From the NCBI GenBank assembly GCA_045635845.1, contig JAZTWL010000206.1:1-48903 (forward strand): a DNA stretch of 48,903 bases, in the 5' to 3' direction. This DNA is from Candidatus Scatosoma sp. (GTDB lineage Bacteria > Bacillota > Clostridia > Christensenellales > Borkfalkiaceae). The notes under the pieces are model-generated. The model saw only the letters and a list, made by a program, of their open reading frames with translations, searched no databases and was not told the DNA's origin. Position numbers and translations under genes: made by a program. Below, piece after piece: positions 1 through 7,768 of the stretch; positions within the stretch are counted from its first letter, which is position 1; each line of letters opens with the position of its first letter.

Positions 1-1010
1 CCTGCGTACTTCTTCACAGCTTCCGCCATCGTCAATCTCGTCCATTCGCCCATGTGGATTTCTTCCCCTTGATAGGTGATATCCAACGTGCCGCAAACTT
101 TGAGCGTGACCGTCTTGTACATATCTTCGATAAGGTTCATCATATCGATATAGTCGCTGTACGCTTCGTACATTTCGATCGTCGTGAATTCGGGGTTATG
201 GTAAGCGTCCATACCTTCGTTGCGGAAGATTCTGCCCACTTCGTACACCTTATCCATACCGCCAACGATCAAACGTTTCAAGAAAAGTTCCGTTTCGTTA
301 CGCATGTACATATCAAGGTCAAGCGCATTGTGGTGGGTTTTGAAAGGTCTAGCATCCGCACCGATTTCCAAAGGCAAAAGAGTGGGGGTATCTACTTCCA
401 AATAACCGCGGTTGTCCAAGAAGTTGCGGATTTCCTTCAAAATTTGCGAACGAACGCGGAAGGTATCGCGAACGTCCTTGTTCATGATAAGATCCAAGTG
501 ACGAAGACGATATTTCAAATCCTTATCTTGCAAACCGTTGTGCTTTTCGGGCAACGGGAGCAAGGATTTGCAAAGCAAAGTGATTTCCGTCACGTGCACG
601 GAAATTTCCCCCGTTTGCGTCTTGAACACAAAACCCTTAAAGCCGAAAATATCGCCGATATCGTAGTCCTTTTTGTAGGACGCGTAGTTTTCTTCGCCGA
701 TATCTTGACGGGTCACGTAGATTTGCATATTGCCGCTTCTATCCGCGATATGCGAGAAGGACGCCTTGCCCATAATACGGCGGGACATCATACGCCCAGC
801 CATGCAAACCGTCTTACCTTCATATGCTTCGTAATTCGCCTTAATCGTTTCCGAATCCGCATCTACGGGATATTTCACTTGTTCGTAAGGGTTGTTGCCT
901 TCCGAAACGAGCTTCGCGAGCTTTTCGCGGCGAATACGCGCTTGTTCAATGAGTTGTTCTTCTTCATTTGCGCCGTTTACAGGCGCGTTTACGTTCTTAT
1001 TTTCTTGCAT
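1..1010 (-). CDS. lysS: lysine--tRNA ligase (class II), N-terminal ~336 codons; C-terminus lies beyond the left window edge
   Basis: Absent from the ORF track because it runs off the window. Reverse translation from the ATG (complement of 1008-1010) reads MQENKNVNAPVNG...GRMMSRRIMGKASFSHIADRSGNMQIYV...KDLKYRLRHLDLIMN...FRNEGMDAYHNPEFTTIEMYEAY, which is typical LysRS. The + ORF 54..1016 is its antisense shadow. Confidence 0.9.
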   Translation of the reverse strand, partial: MQENKNVNAPVNGANEEEQLIEQARIRREKLAKLVSEGNNPYEQVKYPVDADSETIKANYEAYEGKTVCMAGRMMSRRIMGKASFSHIADRSGNMQIYVTRQDIGEENYASYKKDYDIGDIFGFKGFVFKTQTGEISVHVTEITLLCKSLLPLPEKHNGLQDKDLKYRLRHLDLIMNKDVRDTFRVRSQILKEIRNFLDNRGYLEVDTPTLLPLEIGADARPFKTHHNALDLDMYMRNETELFLKRLIVGGMDKVYEVGRIFRNEGMDAYHNPEFTTIEMYEAYSDYIDMMNLIEDMYKTVTLKVCGTLDITYQGEEIHMGEWTRLTMAEAVKKYA

Positions 1011-1045
1011 TTGTAAACTCCAAACGTAATGTATTTTTTTTGTTT

Positions 1046-1522
1046 TTAGTCAACGAAAATGTCACGAATGATCAAATAATATTCCCCTTGGGGTGCGGAA
1101 ACCTTCACTCTATCGCCCACTTTACCGTTCAATAGTGCCTTACCTACGGGAGATTCGTTGGAAATTTTATTGTTTTTCGGATCTGCTTCCATCGAGCCGG
1201 TCACTTCGTACACGTCTTCTTCTTCCATGTCTTCGTCGTAAACCTTCACCTTCAAGCCGATGCGAACTTTGGACGTATCCGAGCTTTCTTCTACAACGAC
1301 AGCGTTCTTGATCTTATATTCAAGCTCAAGGATTTCCCCTTCGTTTGCCGCTTGTTCGTTGCGTGCCGCATCGTATTCCGAATTTTCGGAAAGATCGCCG
1401 TGACTTCTTGCTTCTGCGAGTCTATCCAAAATTTCTTGACGCTTTACCATTTGCAAATACTTCAAATGCTTTTTCGCTTCTTCCAAACCTTTTTTGGTCA
1501 CTTCAAATTGCTGTTCAGCCAT
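1046..1522 (-). CDS. greA: transcription elongation factor GreA
   Basis: 158 aa. N-terminal coiled coil with RSHGDLSENSEYDAARNEQ, and a C-terminal FKBP-like domain with ISNESPVGKALLNGKVGD. Confidence 0.95.
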   Translation of the reverse strand: MAEQQFEVTKKGLEEAKKHLKYLQMVKRQEILDRLAEARSHGDLSENSEYDAARNEQAANEGEILELEYKIKNAVVVEESSDTSKVRIGLKVKVYDEDMEEEDVYEVTGSMEADPKNNKISNESPVGKALLNGKVGDRVKVSAPQGEYYLIIRDIFVD

Positions 1523-1665
1523 TATTCCTCCATACTCCCCGCGTTGTTTTTTCTTTGCGTTTTTTTCTCAAATACATGAAAAAAACCGCTTCGCGCGGAA
1601 AGTCAAAAATACAACCGTGACTTTTCTTCCCAAAAAAGCCACGGCGTTTTTTATTTTCTATCGTC

Positions 1666-1694
1666 ATTATAGACCATTTTCCCACTTTTGTCAA
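1666..1694 (-). promoter_or_regulatory. sigma-A type promoter for greA (TTGACA-17-TATAAT)
   Basis: Reverse strand reads TTGACA (1689-1694), a 17-nt spacer, then TATAAT (1666-1671). This leaves a leader of about 140 nt. Confidence 0.6.
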
Positions 1695-1785
1695 TCTATT
1701 TTGAATTGTTTTGACAAAGTTTTAGCGTTTCACACCGTCCTTTCACGGATATTTTACGCAATTTTCGTAGAGATTAGACCTTTCT

Positions 1786-2952
1786 TTATTGATTCGACAA
1801 AAATTTTTGCATTCTATCGAATGCTTCCGAAAGCGCGCTCATGCTCGTCGCATAGGAAATACGCACGTTGTTTTCCCCAAAATGCCCAAAGGCATTCCCG
1901 GGCACAACCGCCACCTTTTCCGCCGCCAAAAGTCCGTTCGCGAAGCCTTCGCCGTCCAAGCCGGAATTCTTCGTCGAGGGGAATGCGTAAAACGCGCCCT
2001 GCGGCTCGAAACAATCCAAGCCGATTTCCTTCAAGGAATGCAGCACGAATTTACGACGCTTGTCGTAGGAATCACGCATTTCTTCCACCGTGGAAAAACC
2101 GTCGGAAAGTCCGTCCTTCAACGCTTCGATTGCCGCGTATTGCGACATAATCGGCGCGCAAAGCATACCATATTGATGAATTTTGAACATCGCGTCGTCC
2201 ACTTCCGCAGGTCCGCAAGCAAAGCCCAAACGCCAACCCGTCATTGCAAACGCCTTCGAGAACCCGCCGATATACACCGTGCGTTCTTTCATGCCGGGCA
2301 ACGCCGCAATCGACGCGTGTTTGCGCCCATAGGTGAGCTCGGCGTAGATTTCGTCGGTAATCACGAGCAAATCGTGCTTAATAATCACCTTCGAGATTGC
2401 TTCAAGCTCTTCTTGCGTCATGATCGCGCCCGTCGGGTTGTTCGGGTAGGTGAGAATAATCGCCTTCGTCTTGGGCGTAATCGCCTTTTCAAGATATTCG
2501 GGCTTTAAGACGAAATTGTCTTCTTCGTGACATTCCACGTGCACGGGCACGCCGTCGGACATGGTGACAAGGGGAGAGTAGGAAACGTACGCGGGGTCGG
2601 GAATTAAAATTTCGTCCCCTTGTTCCACGCAAGCGCGAAGCGCAAGGTCGATCGCTTCACTGCCGCCCACCGTAATCAAGATATGCTTCGGGTCGTATTC
2701 CAAGCCGAAACGTTCCTTCAAATAACGGGAAATGAGCTCCAAAAGTTGGGGCAGACCGCGGTTGCCCGTGTACTGCGTATAGCCGCGCTGCAAGGAAGTG
2801 ATCGCCGCCGCGCGCACCTTCCAAGGCGTGACGAAATCGGGCTCACCCACACCAAGAGAGATTGCCCCTTCCGTCGTGCGCACGATATCGAAGAACTTTC
2901 GAATGCCGCTCGGCTGTAATAATTTGGCTTTTTTGTTTACAAAATCACGCAT
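1786..2952 (-). CDS. pyridoxal-phosphate-dependent aminotransferase, class I/II (AspC-like)
   Basis: 388 aa. PLP-lysine motif GGFSKAFAMTGWRLGF and NPNNPTG-like YPNNPTGA. Confidence 0.9.
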   Translation of the reverse strand: MRDFVNKKAKLLQPSGIRKFFDIVRTTEGAISLGVGEPDFVTPWKVRAAAITSLQRGYTQYTGNRGLPQLLELISRYLKERFGLEYDPKHILITVGGSEAIDLALRACVEQGDEILIPDPAYVSYSPLVTMSDGVPVHVECHEEDNFVLKPEYLEKAITPKTKAIILTYPNNPTGAIMTQEELEAISKVIIKHDLLVITDEIYAELTYGRKHASIAALPGMKERTVYIGGFSKAFAMTGWRLGFACGPAEVDDAMFKIHQYGMLCAPIMSQYAAIEALKDGLSDGFSTVEEMRDSYDKRRKFVLHSLKEIGLDCFEPQGAFYAFPSTKNSGLDGEGFANGLLAAEKVAVVPGNAFGHFGENNVRISYATSMSALSEAFDRMQKFLSNQ

Positions 2953-2975
2953 AATTCGTGTATCCTAACTCTATT

Positions 2976-3467
2976 TTACGCTTGAATGGAAAGACGCTTA
3001 TCTTCGTCGTCCTTTTCCGTAAGCACGCCTTCGATCTTATATTTCTTCAAGATGAAATGGGTAGCCGTCGAGAGTACGCCGTCGAAGGTGGAAATTCTTT
3101 CGGATACGAAACGGGAAACTTGTTGCAAGGTACGATCTTCTACGAACACCGCCAAATCGTACGCGCCGCTCATTAAATATACCGCTTTCACTTCGGGGAA
3201 TGCCGCGATTTGCTTTGCCATACCGTCAAAGCCTTCCTTTTTCTTGGGCGCAACCTTCACTTCGATCAACGCTTCTACGAGCGCGTCGTCCGCCTTTTCG
3301 CTGTTCACGATTGCGGTGTATTTTACGAGCAAACCGCTCTTTTCCATTTCGGAAATACAAGCGCTAATTTCTTTTTCGTCTTTGGAAAGCATTGCCGCGA
3401 TTTTCTTGTGCGGAATGCGCGCGTCTTCGGAAAGAATCGCCAAAACGTCTTTTTCTAATGCCGTCAT
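2976..3467 (-). CDS. Lrp/AsnC family transcriptional regulator
   Basis: 163 aa. N-terminal HTH (DARIPHKKIAAMLS...) plus a C-terminal RAM/AsnC_trans_reg-like domain. Lies immediately upstream of the aminotransferase, a common pairing. Confidence 0.85.
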   Translation of the reverse strand: MTALEKDVLAILSEDARIPHKKIAAMLSKDEKEISACISEMEKSGLLVKYTAIVNSEKADDALVEALIEVKVAPKKKEGFDGMAKQIAAFPEVKAVYLMSGAYDLAVFVEDRTLQQVSRFVSERISTFDGVLSTATHFILKKYKIEGVLTEKDDEDKRLSIQA

Positions 3468-3494
3468 ATCATTTCTCCTAAAAGTGTTTTTTTC

Positions 3495-3749
3495 TTATAC
3501 CAAGTATTCCAAGAAAAGGTGATCGTAGCCAAGCGGCTCAACGAAATCCCGCGCGGGGAATTTCACGTGATTGAACTTCGCGAAATTGAAGATATGCACC
3601 TTCGTCAAAACGGGGGTGGGAATATCCAACTTTTGACAAATCTCAATCAAGTAGTCCAAAAAATGCGAATAGGTCAATTTTTCCGGATTTTCGTAAACGA
3701 ACTGCTTTTTAATGTGTCCGTCTTCCATCAATTTCGCCCAAATTCGCAT
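3495..3749 (-). CDS. hypothetical small protein (84 aa)
   Basis: Clean ORF that fills the gap in the same orientation as its neighbours. No family recognised. Confidence 0.45.
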   Translation of the reverse strand: MRIWAKLMEDGHIKKQFVYENPEKLTYSHFLDYLIEICQKLDIPTPVLTKVHIFNFAKFNHVKFPARDFVEPLGYDHLFLEYLV

Positions 3750-3978
3750 ATTGCAACCGCCTTTTTCAAAGTTTCTTCCGTTTATTATACACTTTTTCTT
3801 TAGAAAAGTAAACCGTTTGCCCTTTATGCGCCGAGATTTTTTTCTTTTTTCGTTCTATTTTTATTGCGCGGACGAATAGCTTATTCCAAAGGCGGTTCTC
3901 AAGCGAAACGGGGTTTTCGATAAAACTCGTAAAATATCGACGAAACTTCTAAAATTTCGGGGGAAACCGCCTGCTAAA

Positions 3979-4791
3979 ATGGGGGTGTGGCGTATGCGAA
4001 AAATAAAAAAACGGTATCTTTTTAGCCTACTTTCCGCTTTTTGCGCCGCCGTGATTGCCATTCTTTCTACGTGCGTATTTTGCATCGAAAAATACGGCGA
4101 AAATAGTAAAACGACGGGGGCAGGTACGAGTTTAAGCCGTTCTTTGCCCATCTATTCAGTGGAAACGGACGAGAAAAAAGTGGCGATTAGCTTCGATTGC
4201 GCGTGGGGTATAGACCACACCGACGCGCTCCTTGAAATCATGGAAAAAAACGAGATCCGCTGCACCTTTTTTGCCGTGCAGTTTTGGGTAGAGAAATACC
4301 CCGAGTACGCCAAAAAAATCGTGGATGCGGGGCACGAGCTCGGTACGCACAGTCGCACGCATCCTTATATGAGCAAGCTTTCCAAAGCGGAAATGGTGAG
4401 CGAGCTCACCACTTCGAGTGAAGCGATTGAGAAAATCACGGGCAAGAAGGTCACCCTTTTCCGCCCGCCCTACGGGGATTATAACAATCTATTGATCGAT
4501 ACTTGCGCAGAGCTTAATCTGTACCCGATTCAATGGGACGTCGATTCGTTGGATTGGAAAAATCTTTCGGGGACGGAGATTGCCATGCGGATCATCAACG
4601 GCGCGAAAAACGGCTCGATTATTCTTTGCCACAACAACGGTTTACACACGGCGGAGGCGTTGCCTATGATTTTTTCCACGCTTAAAAATCGGGGTTTTGA
4701 ATTCGTGCCGATTTCGGAGCTTATTTATAAGGACGGGTATTATATCGACCACACCGGCCGTCAGCGGCGAGCCGCCGCGGGCAAGCGGTGA
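3979..4791 (+). CDS. polysaccharide deacetylase (NodB homology domain) family protein with N-terminal TM/signal anchor
   Basis: Motifs FDCAWG..., HELGTHSRTHPYM, LFRPPYGDYN, ILCHNN. A start at ATG 3994 (MRKIKKRY) is equally possible. The last ~10 codons run into the tandem-repeat tract, so the true C-terminus is uncertain. Confidence 0.8.
   Translation: MGVWRMRKIKKRYLFSLLSAFCAAVIAILSTCVFCIEKYGENSKTTGAGTSLSRSLPIYSVETDEKKVAISFDCAWGIDHTDALLEIMEKNEIRCTFFAVQFWVEKYPEYAKKIVDAGHELGTHSRTHPYMSKLSKAEMVSELTTSSEAIEKITGKKVTLFRPPYGDYNNLLIDTCAELNLYPIQWDVDSLDWKNLSGTEIAMRIINGAKNGSIILCHNNGLHTAEALPMIFSTLKNRGFEFVPISELIYKDGYYIDHTGRQRRAAAGKR
4108..4135 (+). repeat. dispersed 28-nt repeat, copy A (type 2), inside the deacetylase CDS
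   Basis: AAAACGACGGGGGCAGGTACGAGTTTAA, translated as KTTGAGTSL. Confidence 0.6.
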
Positions 4792-4974
4792 GCCACCGCG
4801 GGCAAGTTGTAGCGTCTTTCCGCCCACTTTTAAGATAGCTCCGCGTCTGCTTCGAGTTGCGCGTACTAAACGAGTTTTTTAGGCGGTGAGCCACCACGCC
4901 CACTTGCAAGACAGCTACGCGTCTGCTTCGGGCGGCGCGTACCAAACGAGTTTTTCAAGCGGTTGGCTCTCACG
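4766..4974. repeat. tandem repeat tract: 2 x 21 bp (GGYGAGCCRCCGCGGGCAAGY) followed by 2 x ~76 bp imperfect units
   Basis: 21-mers at 4766-4786 and 4787-4807. The 76-bp units at 4823-4898 and 4899-4974 align at roughly 80% identity (CCCACTTNNAAGANAGCTNCGCGTCTGCTTCG...GCGCGTACNAAACGAGTTTTT...GGTNNGC). Confidence 0.85.
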
Positions 4975-5084
4975 GGTCAAGGGTGGAGCACCCTTGCGAA
5001 TTTTTAAGGCACAGCCTTAAAGCCCAACGGCAGTTGTCGCCCTATGGGCGAAACATAGCCCAACCATAAGCAAACGCAGTTTGC
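4961..5084. other. compact multi-hairpin domain (possible structured ncRNA or DNA-level palindromic element)
   Basis: Perfect stems: CAAGGGT-GGAGC-ACCCTTG (4978-4996), TTAAGGC-ACA-GCCTTAA (5004-5020), TCGCCC-TAT-GGGCGA (5037-5051). These are enclosed by GGTTGGCT (4961-4968) pairing with AGCCCAACC (5057-5065). A further hairpin, GCAAAC-GCA-GTTTGC, lies at 5070-5084. Confidence 0.5.
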
Positions 5085-5150
5085 GCCTTTCGCGTAGCGA
5101 TTCTCTTAATTTCATTTGTACAAAATCACTTTTGGAGGTATCAATATACT

Positions 5151-5852
5151 ATGAACTACGTAACGGAAAAAAACAACAAGGTTTACGTTATGGGCGAAAT
5201 CGTGAGCGACGCGAGCTTCTCTCACGAAGTGTACGGCGAAGGTTTCTACGAATTTTTCGTCAAGGTAATGCGGCTTTCGGGTCAAGCGGACGTTTTGCCC
5301 GTCACCGTTTCCGAGCGGCTCATTCAAGAGAGCATGCTCGCCAAGGGCAAGACGATTTGCGCGTTAGGACAATTCCGCAGCTACAACAAAATCGACAACG
5401 GAAAGTCTCGTCTTATGCTCACCATTTTCGTACGCGAGCTACTTCCCGAGCCGCCCGATAAAAACCCGAATAGCATTCTCTTAAGCGGCTACATTTGCAA
5501 ACCGCCCGTCTATCGCACCACCCCCTTCAATCGGGAAATTGCCGACGTGCTTATCGCGGTCAATCGCGCGTACAATAAATCCGATTATATCCCCTGTATT
5601 GCTTGGGGGCGCAACGCGCGCTTCGTGAAAAACCTTTCGGTGGGGGACAAAATCGCCATTTCGGGTAGAATCCAAAGCCGTGAATATCAAAAGAAACTCT
5701 CGGAAACGGATATCCGCACGATGACGGCATACGAGGTATCCGTATCCAAACTTGCCGCTTTTGACGCGAGTGAAGATTTTGATATCGATAGCGAATTCGA
5801 CTTATATTCCTTGCAAAGCAAGGATGAAACGCTTGCCGATTGCGGCAGCTAA
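5151..5852 (+). CDS. SSB-like protein with two tandem OB-fold halves and an acidic C-terminal region
   Basis: 233 aa. Two halves with similar OB-like patterning (VYVMGEIVSD...LGQFRSYN...LMLTIFV and ILLSGYICKP...ISGRIQSREY...AYEVSV). Acidic tail DASEDFDIDSEFDLY. GGAGG RBS. Confidence 0.55.
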   Translation: MNYVTEKNNKVYVMGEIVSDASFSHEVYGEGFYEFFVKVMRLSGQADVLPVTVSERLIQESMLAKGKTICALGQFRSYNKIDNGKSRLMLTIFVRELLPEPPDKNPNSILLSGYICKPPVYRTTPFNREIADVLIAVNRAYNKSDYIPCIAWGRNARFVKNLSVGDKIAISGRIQSREYQKKLSETDIRTMTAYEVSVSKLAAFDASEDFDIDSEFDLYSLQSKDETLADCGS

Positions 5853-5856
5853 ACTA

Positions 5857-5878
5857 GGCGGCGAAAGCCGCCTTTTTT
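5857..5878 (+). terminator. rho-independent terminator
   Basis: GGCGGC-GAAA-GCCGCC followed by T6. Confidence 0.75.
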
Positions 5879-5881
5879 CAT

Positions 5882-5909
5882 TTCAACGCGTACATGGTAT
5901 GCCCATTTT
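5882..5909 (-). repeat. dispersed 28-nt repeat, copy B (type 1), intergenic
   Basis: Top strand TTCAACGCGTACATGGTATGCCCATTTT, directly after the terminator. Confidence 0.8.
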
Positions 5910-5928
5910 ATCATTTTTTGCAAAAAAC

Positions 5929-5957
5929 TTGACAAGATCACAAAGATGCGTTATAAT
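5929..5957 (+). promoter_or_regulatory. sigma-A type promoter (TTGACA-17-TATAAT)
   Basis: TTGACA at 5929-5934 and TATAAT at 5952-5957, upstream of the DUF2779-like gene. Confidence 0.6.
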
Positions 5958-5980
5958 AAAAGCGAAGGAAGGTGAAGATT

Positions 5981-6697
5981 ATGGCTGTTTCCAAAACGGA
6001 TTTTGTTCGCGGTTTACAATGCAAAAAAATGCTGTGGTTGGACGCGCACGCGCCCGAACATAAGATTATTCCGCCCGAAGTGCAAGCTCGTCTTGACGCC
6101 GGCAACGAGTTTGGCGATCAAGCTATGGGCATTTTCGGAGATTTCGTGGAAACCACCACTTTCCGCGAAGACGGGCGGTTGGATTTTGCCGCTATGCTCG
6201 AAAAAACGCAAGCGCTCGTGCGCGAGGGCGCGCCCGTCATTTGCGAGGGCTCGTTCGCGTGGTACGGCAATTTTTGCGCCGCCGATATTTTGAAAAAGGA
6301 AGGCTCGGGATATGCCCTTTACGAAGTAAAGAACACCTATTTCCCCCGCCAAGAATTTATCACCGACCTTGGTTTTCAACGCCTTGTTTTGCGCAAATGC
6401 GGCGTCACTATTACGAGTTGTAATCTCGTTTTGCGCGGCGACGAACCGCCCGAAGGCGCAAAAGATACAGGTCTTGGCGAAGGGCAAACCCTTCTCGATC
6501 ACGGAGATTTCCGCTACAAGCTCGTCAACGTGAGTAAGGGCGCGCAAAAAGCGGATTTCATGGCAAGCAACTGCGTTTTCGATCTCGGAAAACTCAAAAA
6601 GAAGGAAGCTGCTATGCCCGAAATTGAAATGGGCGAGCATTGCGATTGTCCGTACAAGTGTTGGTATTACGATTATTGTTCCAACCAAAATAAATAA
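5981..6697 (+). CDS. PD-(D/E)XK (Cas4/RecB-like) nuclease family protein, DUF2779-like, with C-terminal Cys cluster
   Basis: N-terminus MAVSKTDFVRGLQCKKMLWL is typical of DUF2779. Core ...DILKKEGSGYALYEVKN... C-terminal CDCPYKCWYYDYC resembles a Cas4-type Fe-S cluster. The ATG at 5981 has a GGAAGG RBS. Confidence 0.65.
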   Translation: MAVSKTDFVRGLQCKKMLWLDAHAPEHKIIPPEVQARLDAGNEFGDQAMGIFGDFVETTTFREDGRLDFAAMLEKTQALVREGAPVICEGSFAWYGNFCAADILKKEGSGYALYEVKNTYFPRQEFITDLGFQRLVLRKCGVTITSCNLVLRGDEPPEGAKDTGLGEGQTLLDHGDFRYKLVNVSKGAQKADFMASNCVFDLGKLKKKEAAMPEIEMGEHCDCPYKCWYYDYCSNQNK

Positions 6698-6816
6698 CCA
6701 CAAAGGAGCGTAAACGCTCCTTTTTTTCTTGAAGAAACTTTGTCCTTTTTCGTTCTAAACGGCTTGCCCACGGCATAGAATACAACGTAAGCAAAAAGCA
6801 AGTGAAGGAGAACGTT

Positions 6817-7764
6817 ATGAACGAAGAAATTGAATACGCCGAAATGCTAGAAGTACCCGTTTCCACCGTCGAAGTCACGCGCAAAACGCGCCGCCGCAAG
6901 AAACGGGATAAAGAATACGACGCCGCCCCGCTTCCGCCTTTGAAGGAAGACTTGATCGCACAAATCAACAACCGTGTGCAAGAAGCGCCCGCGCAAGAGC
7001 CCGAGACGCCGCAAATCACCGCGGATGCAAACCTTTTCACGGAAGCGGTCAATAGCGAAGGGCAAATCGACTTTGAAACGCTCGATCGGATCGATACGAT
7101 CCCCTTATTTTCCACGCCGAAAAAACGGCGTTGGTGGAAACGCCCGCGCCTATCCCCAAAGGACTTTGCATTAGACGAAACGGAAAATGAAGGTACCATG
7201 TACGAGTTGAATATGGAAAACGCCTCTTCTCGCGCCGCAAAAATTACGCTTACGGCGGAGTTTGCGCTCGCTTGCGCTTTTTGCGCGGGGATCTTTTTAA
7301 CCAACGTCTTTATGCCAAATTCGGCTATCAATACCTTCTTCCGTGCTATGAGTGAGCCCATACCCAGCGCGAAGGTGGACGATCGCACTTACGCCGATTT
7401 CACCCTTTCGCCCGTGGTTTCCGTTCTTTCGGACGCCGAGCTTTCCCTTTCTTCGACGGGCATTCTCTCTTTCACGGACGCCTGCTGCGTTTATCCGTCC
7501 GCCGACGGTAAAATTGCGCAAGTGGAACACACGGGGGAAAACGGCTACGTTGTAAAAATCGAATATTCCGATTCCTTCACGAGCGTGATTAGCGGGCTTT
7601 CCGACGTCTATTATAACGTGGGGGATCAAGCATTTGCAAATATCCCCGTCGGCTACACGGACGGCACGGGGGAAGTGCAAATGACGATGTATTCGAACGG
7701 CGAACTTTTGAATTGCTTCGAATTGACGGAAGAAAACTGTCTTGCATGGCTTGAAACGGAATAA
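6817..7764 (+). CDS. membrane protein with degenerate LytM/M23-like C-terminal domain (SpoIVFA-like by position)
   Basis: Basic N-terminus, one TM segment (ITLTAEFALACAFCAGIFLTNVF), and a C-terminus GYVVKIEYSDSFTSVISGLSDVYYNVGDQAF lacking catalytic His residues. Lies directly upstream of the spoIVFB-like M50 protease. ATG 6817 has a GAAGGAG RBS. Confidence 0.5.
   Translation: MNEEIEYAEMLEVPVSTVEVTRKTRRRKKRDKEYDAAPLPPLKEDLIAQINNRVQEAPAQEPETPQITADANLFTEAVNSEGQIDFETLDRIDTIPLFSTPKKRRWWKRPRLSPKDFALDETENEGTMYELNMENASSRAAKITLTAEFALACAFCAGIFLTNVFMPNSAINTFFRAMSEPIPSAKVDDRTYADFTLSPVVSVLSDAELSLSSTGILSFTDACCVYPSADGKIAQVEHTGENGYVVKIEYSDSFTSVISGLSDVYYNVGDQAFANIPVGYTDGTGEVQMTMYSNGELLNCFELTEENCLAWLETE
7184..7211 (+). 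repeat. dispersed 28-nt repeat, copy C (hybrid type), inside the spoIVFA-like CDS
   Basis: AAAATGAAGGTACCATGTACGAGTTGAA, translated as ENEGTMYELN. Confidence 0.7.
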
Positions 7765-7768
7765 ATTT

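Noticed and set aside
54-1016. 320-aa + strand ORF at the left edge
   Set aside because: It lies exactly antisense to a convincing lysS reading frame, has no recognisable motifs, and has the low-complexity F/R/H-rich composition typical of shadow ORFs.
3975-4000. Possible degenerate repeat copy at the deacetylase start (AAAATGGGGGTGTGGCGTATGCG) and the shared AAAATGGGGGTGT word at 35071
   Set aside because: Only the 5' 9-14 nt match, and the GTACGCGTTGAA half is missing. This is insufficient to call.
4697-4882. ORF encoding SGEPPRASGEPPRAS, and overlapping ORFs in the 4640-4945 region
   Set aside because: The periodic peptide is just the translation of the 21-bp tandem DNA repeat. There is no RBS and three overlapping frames are open.
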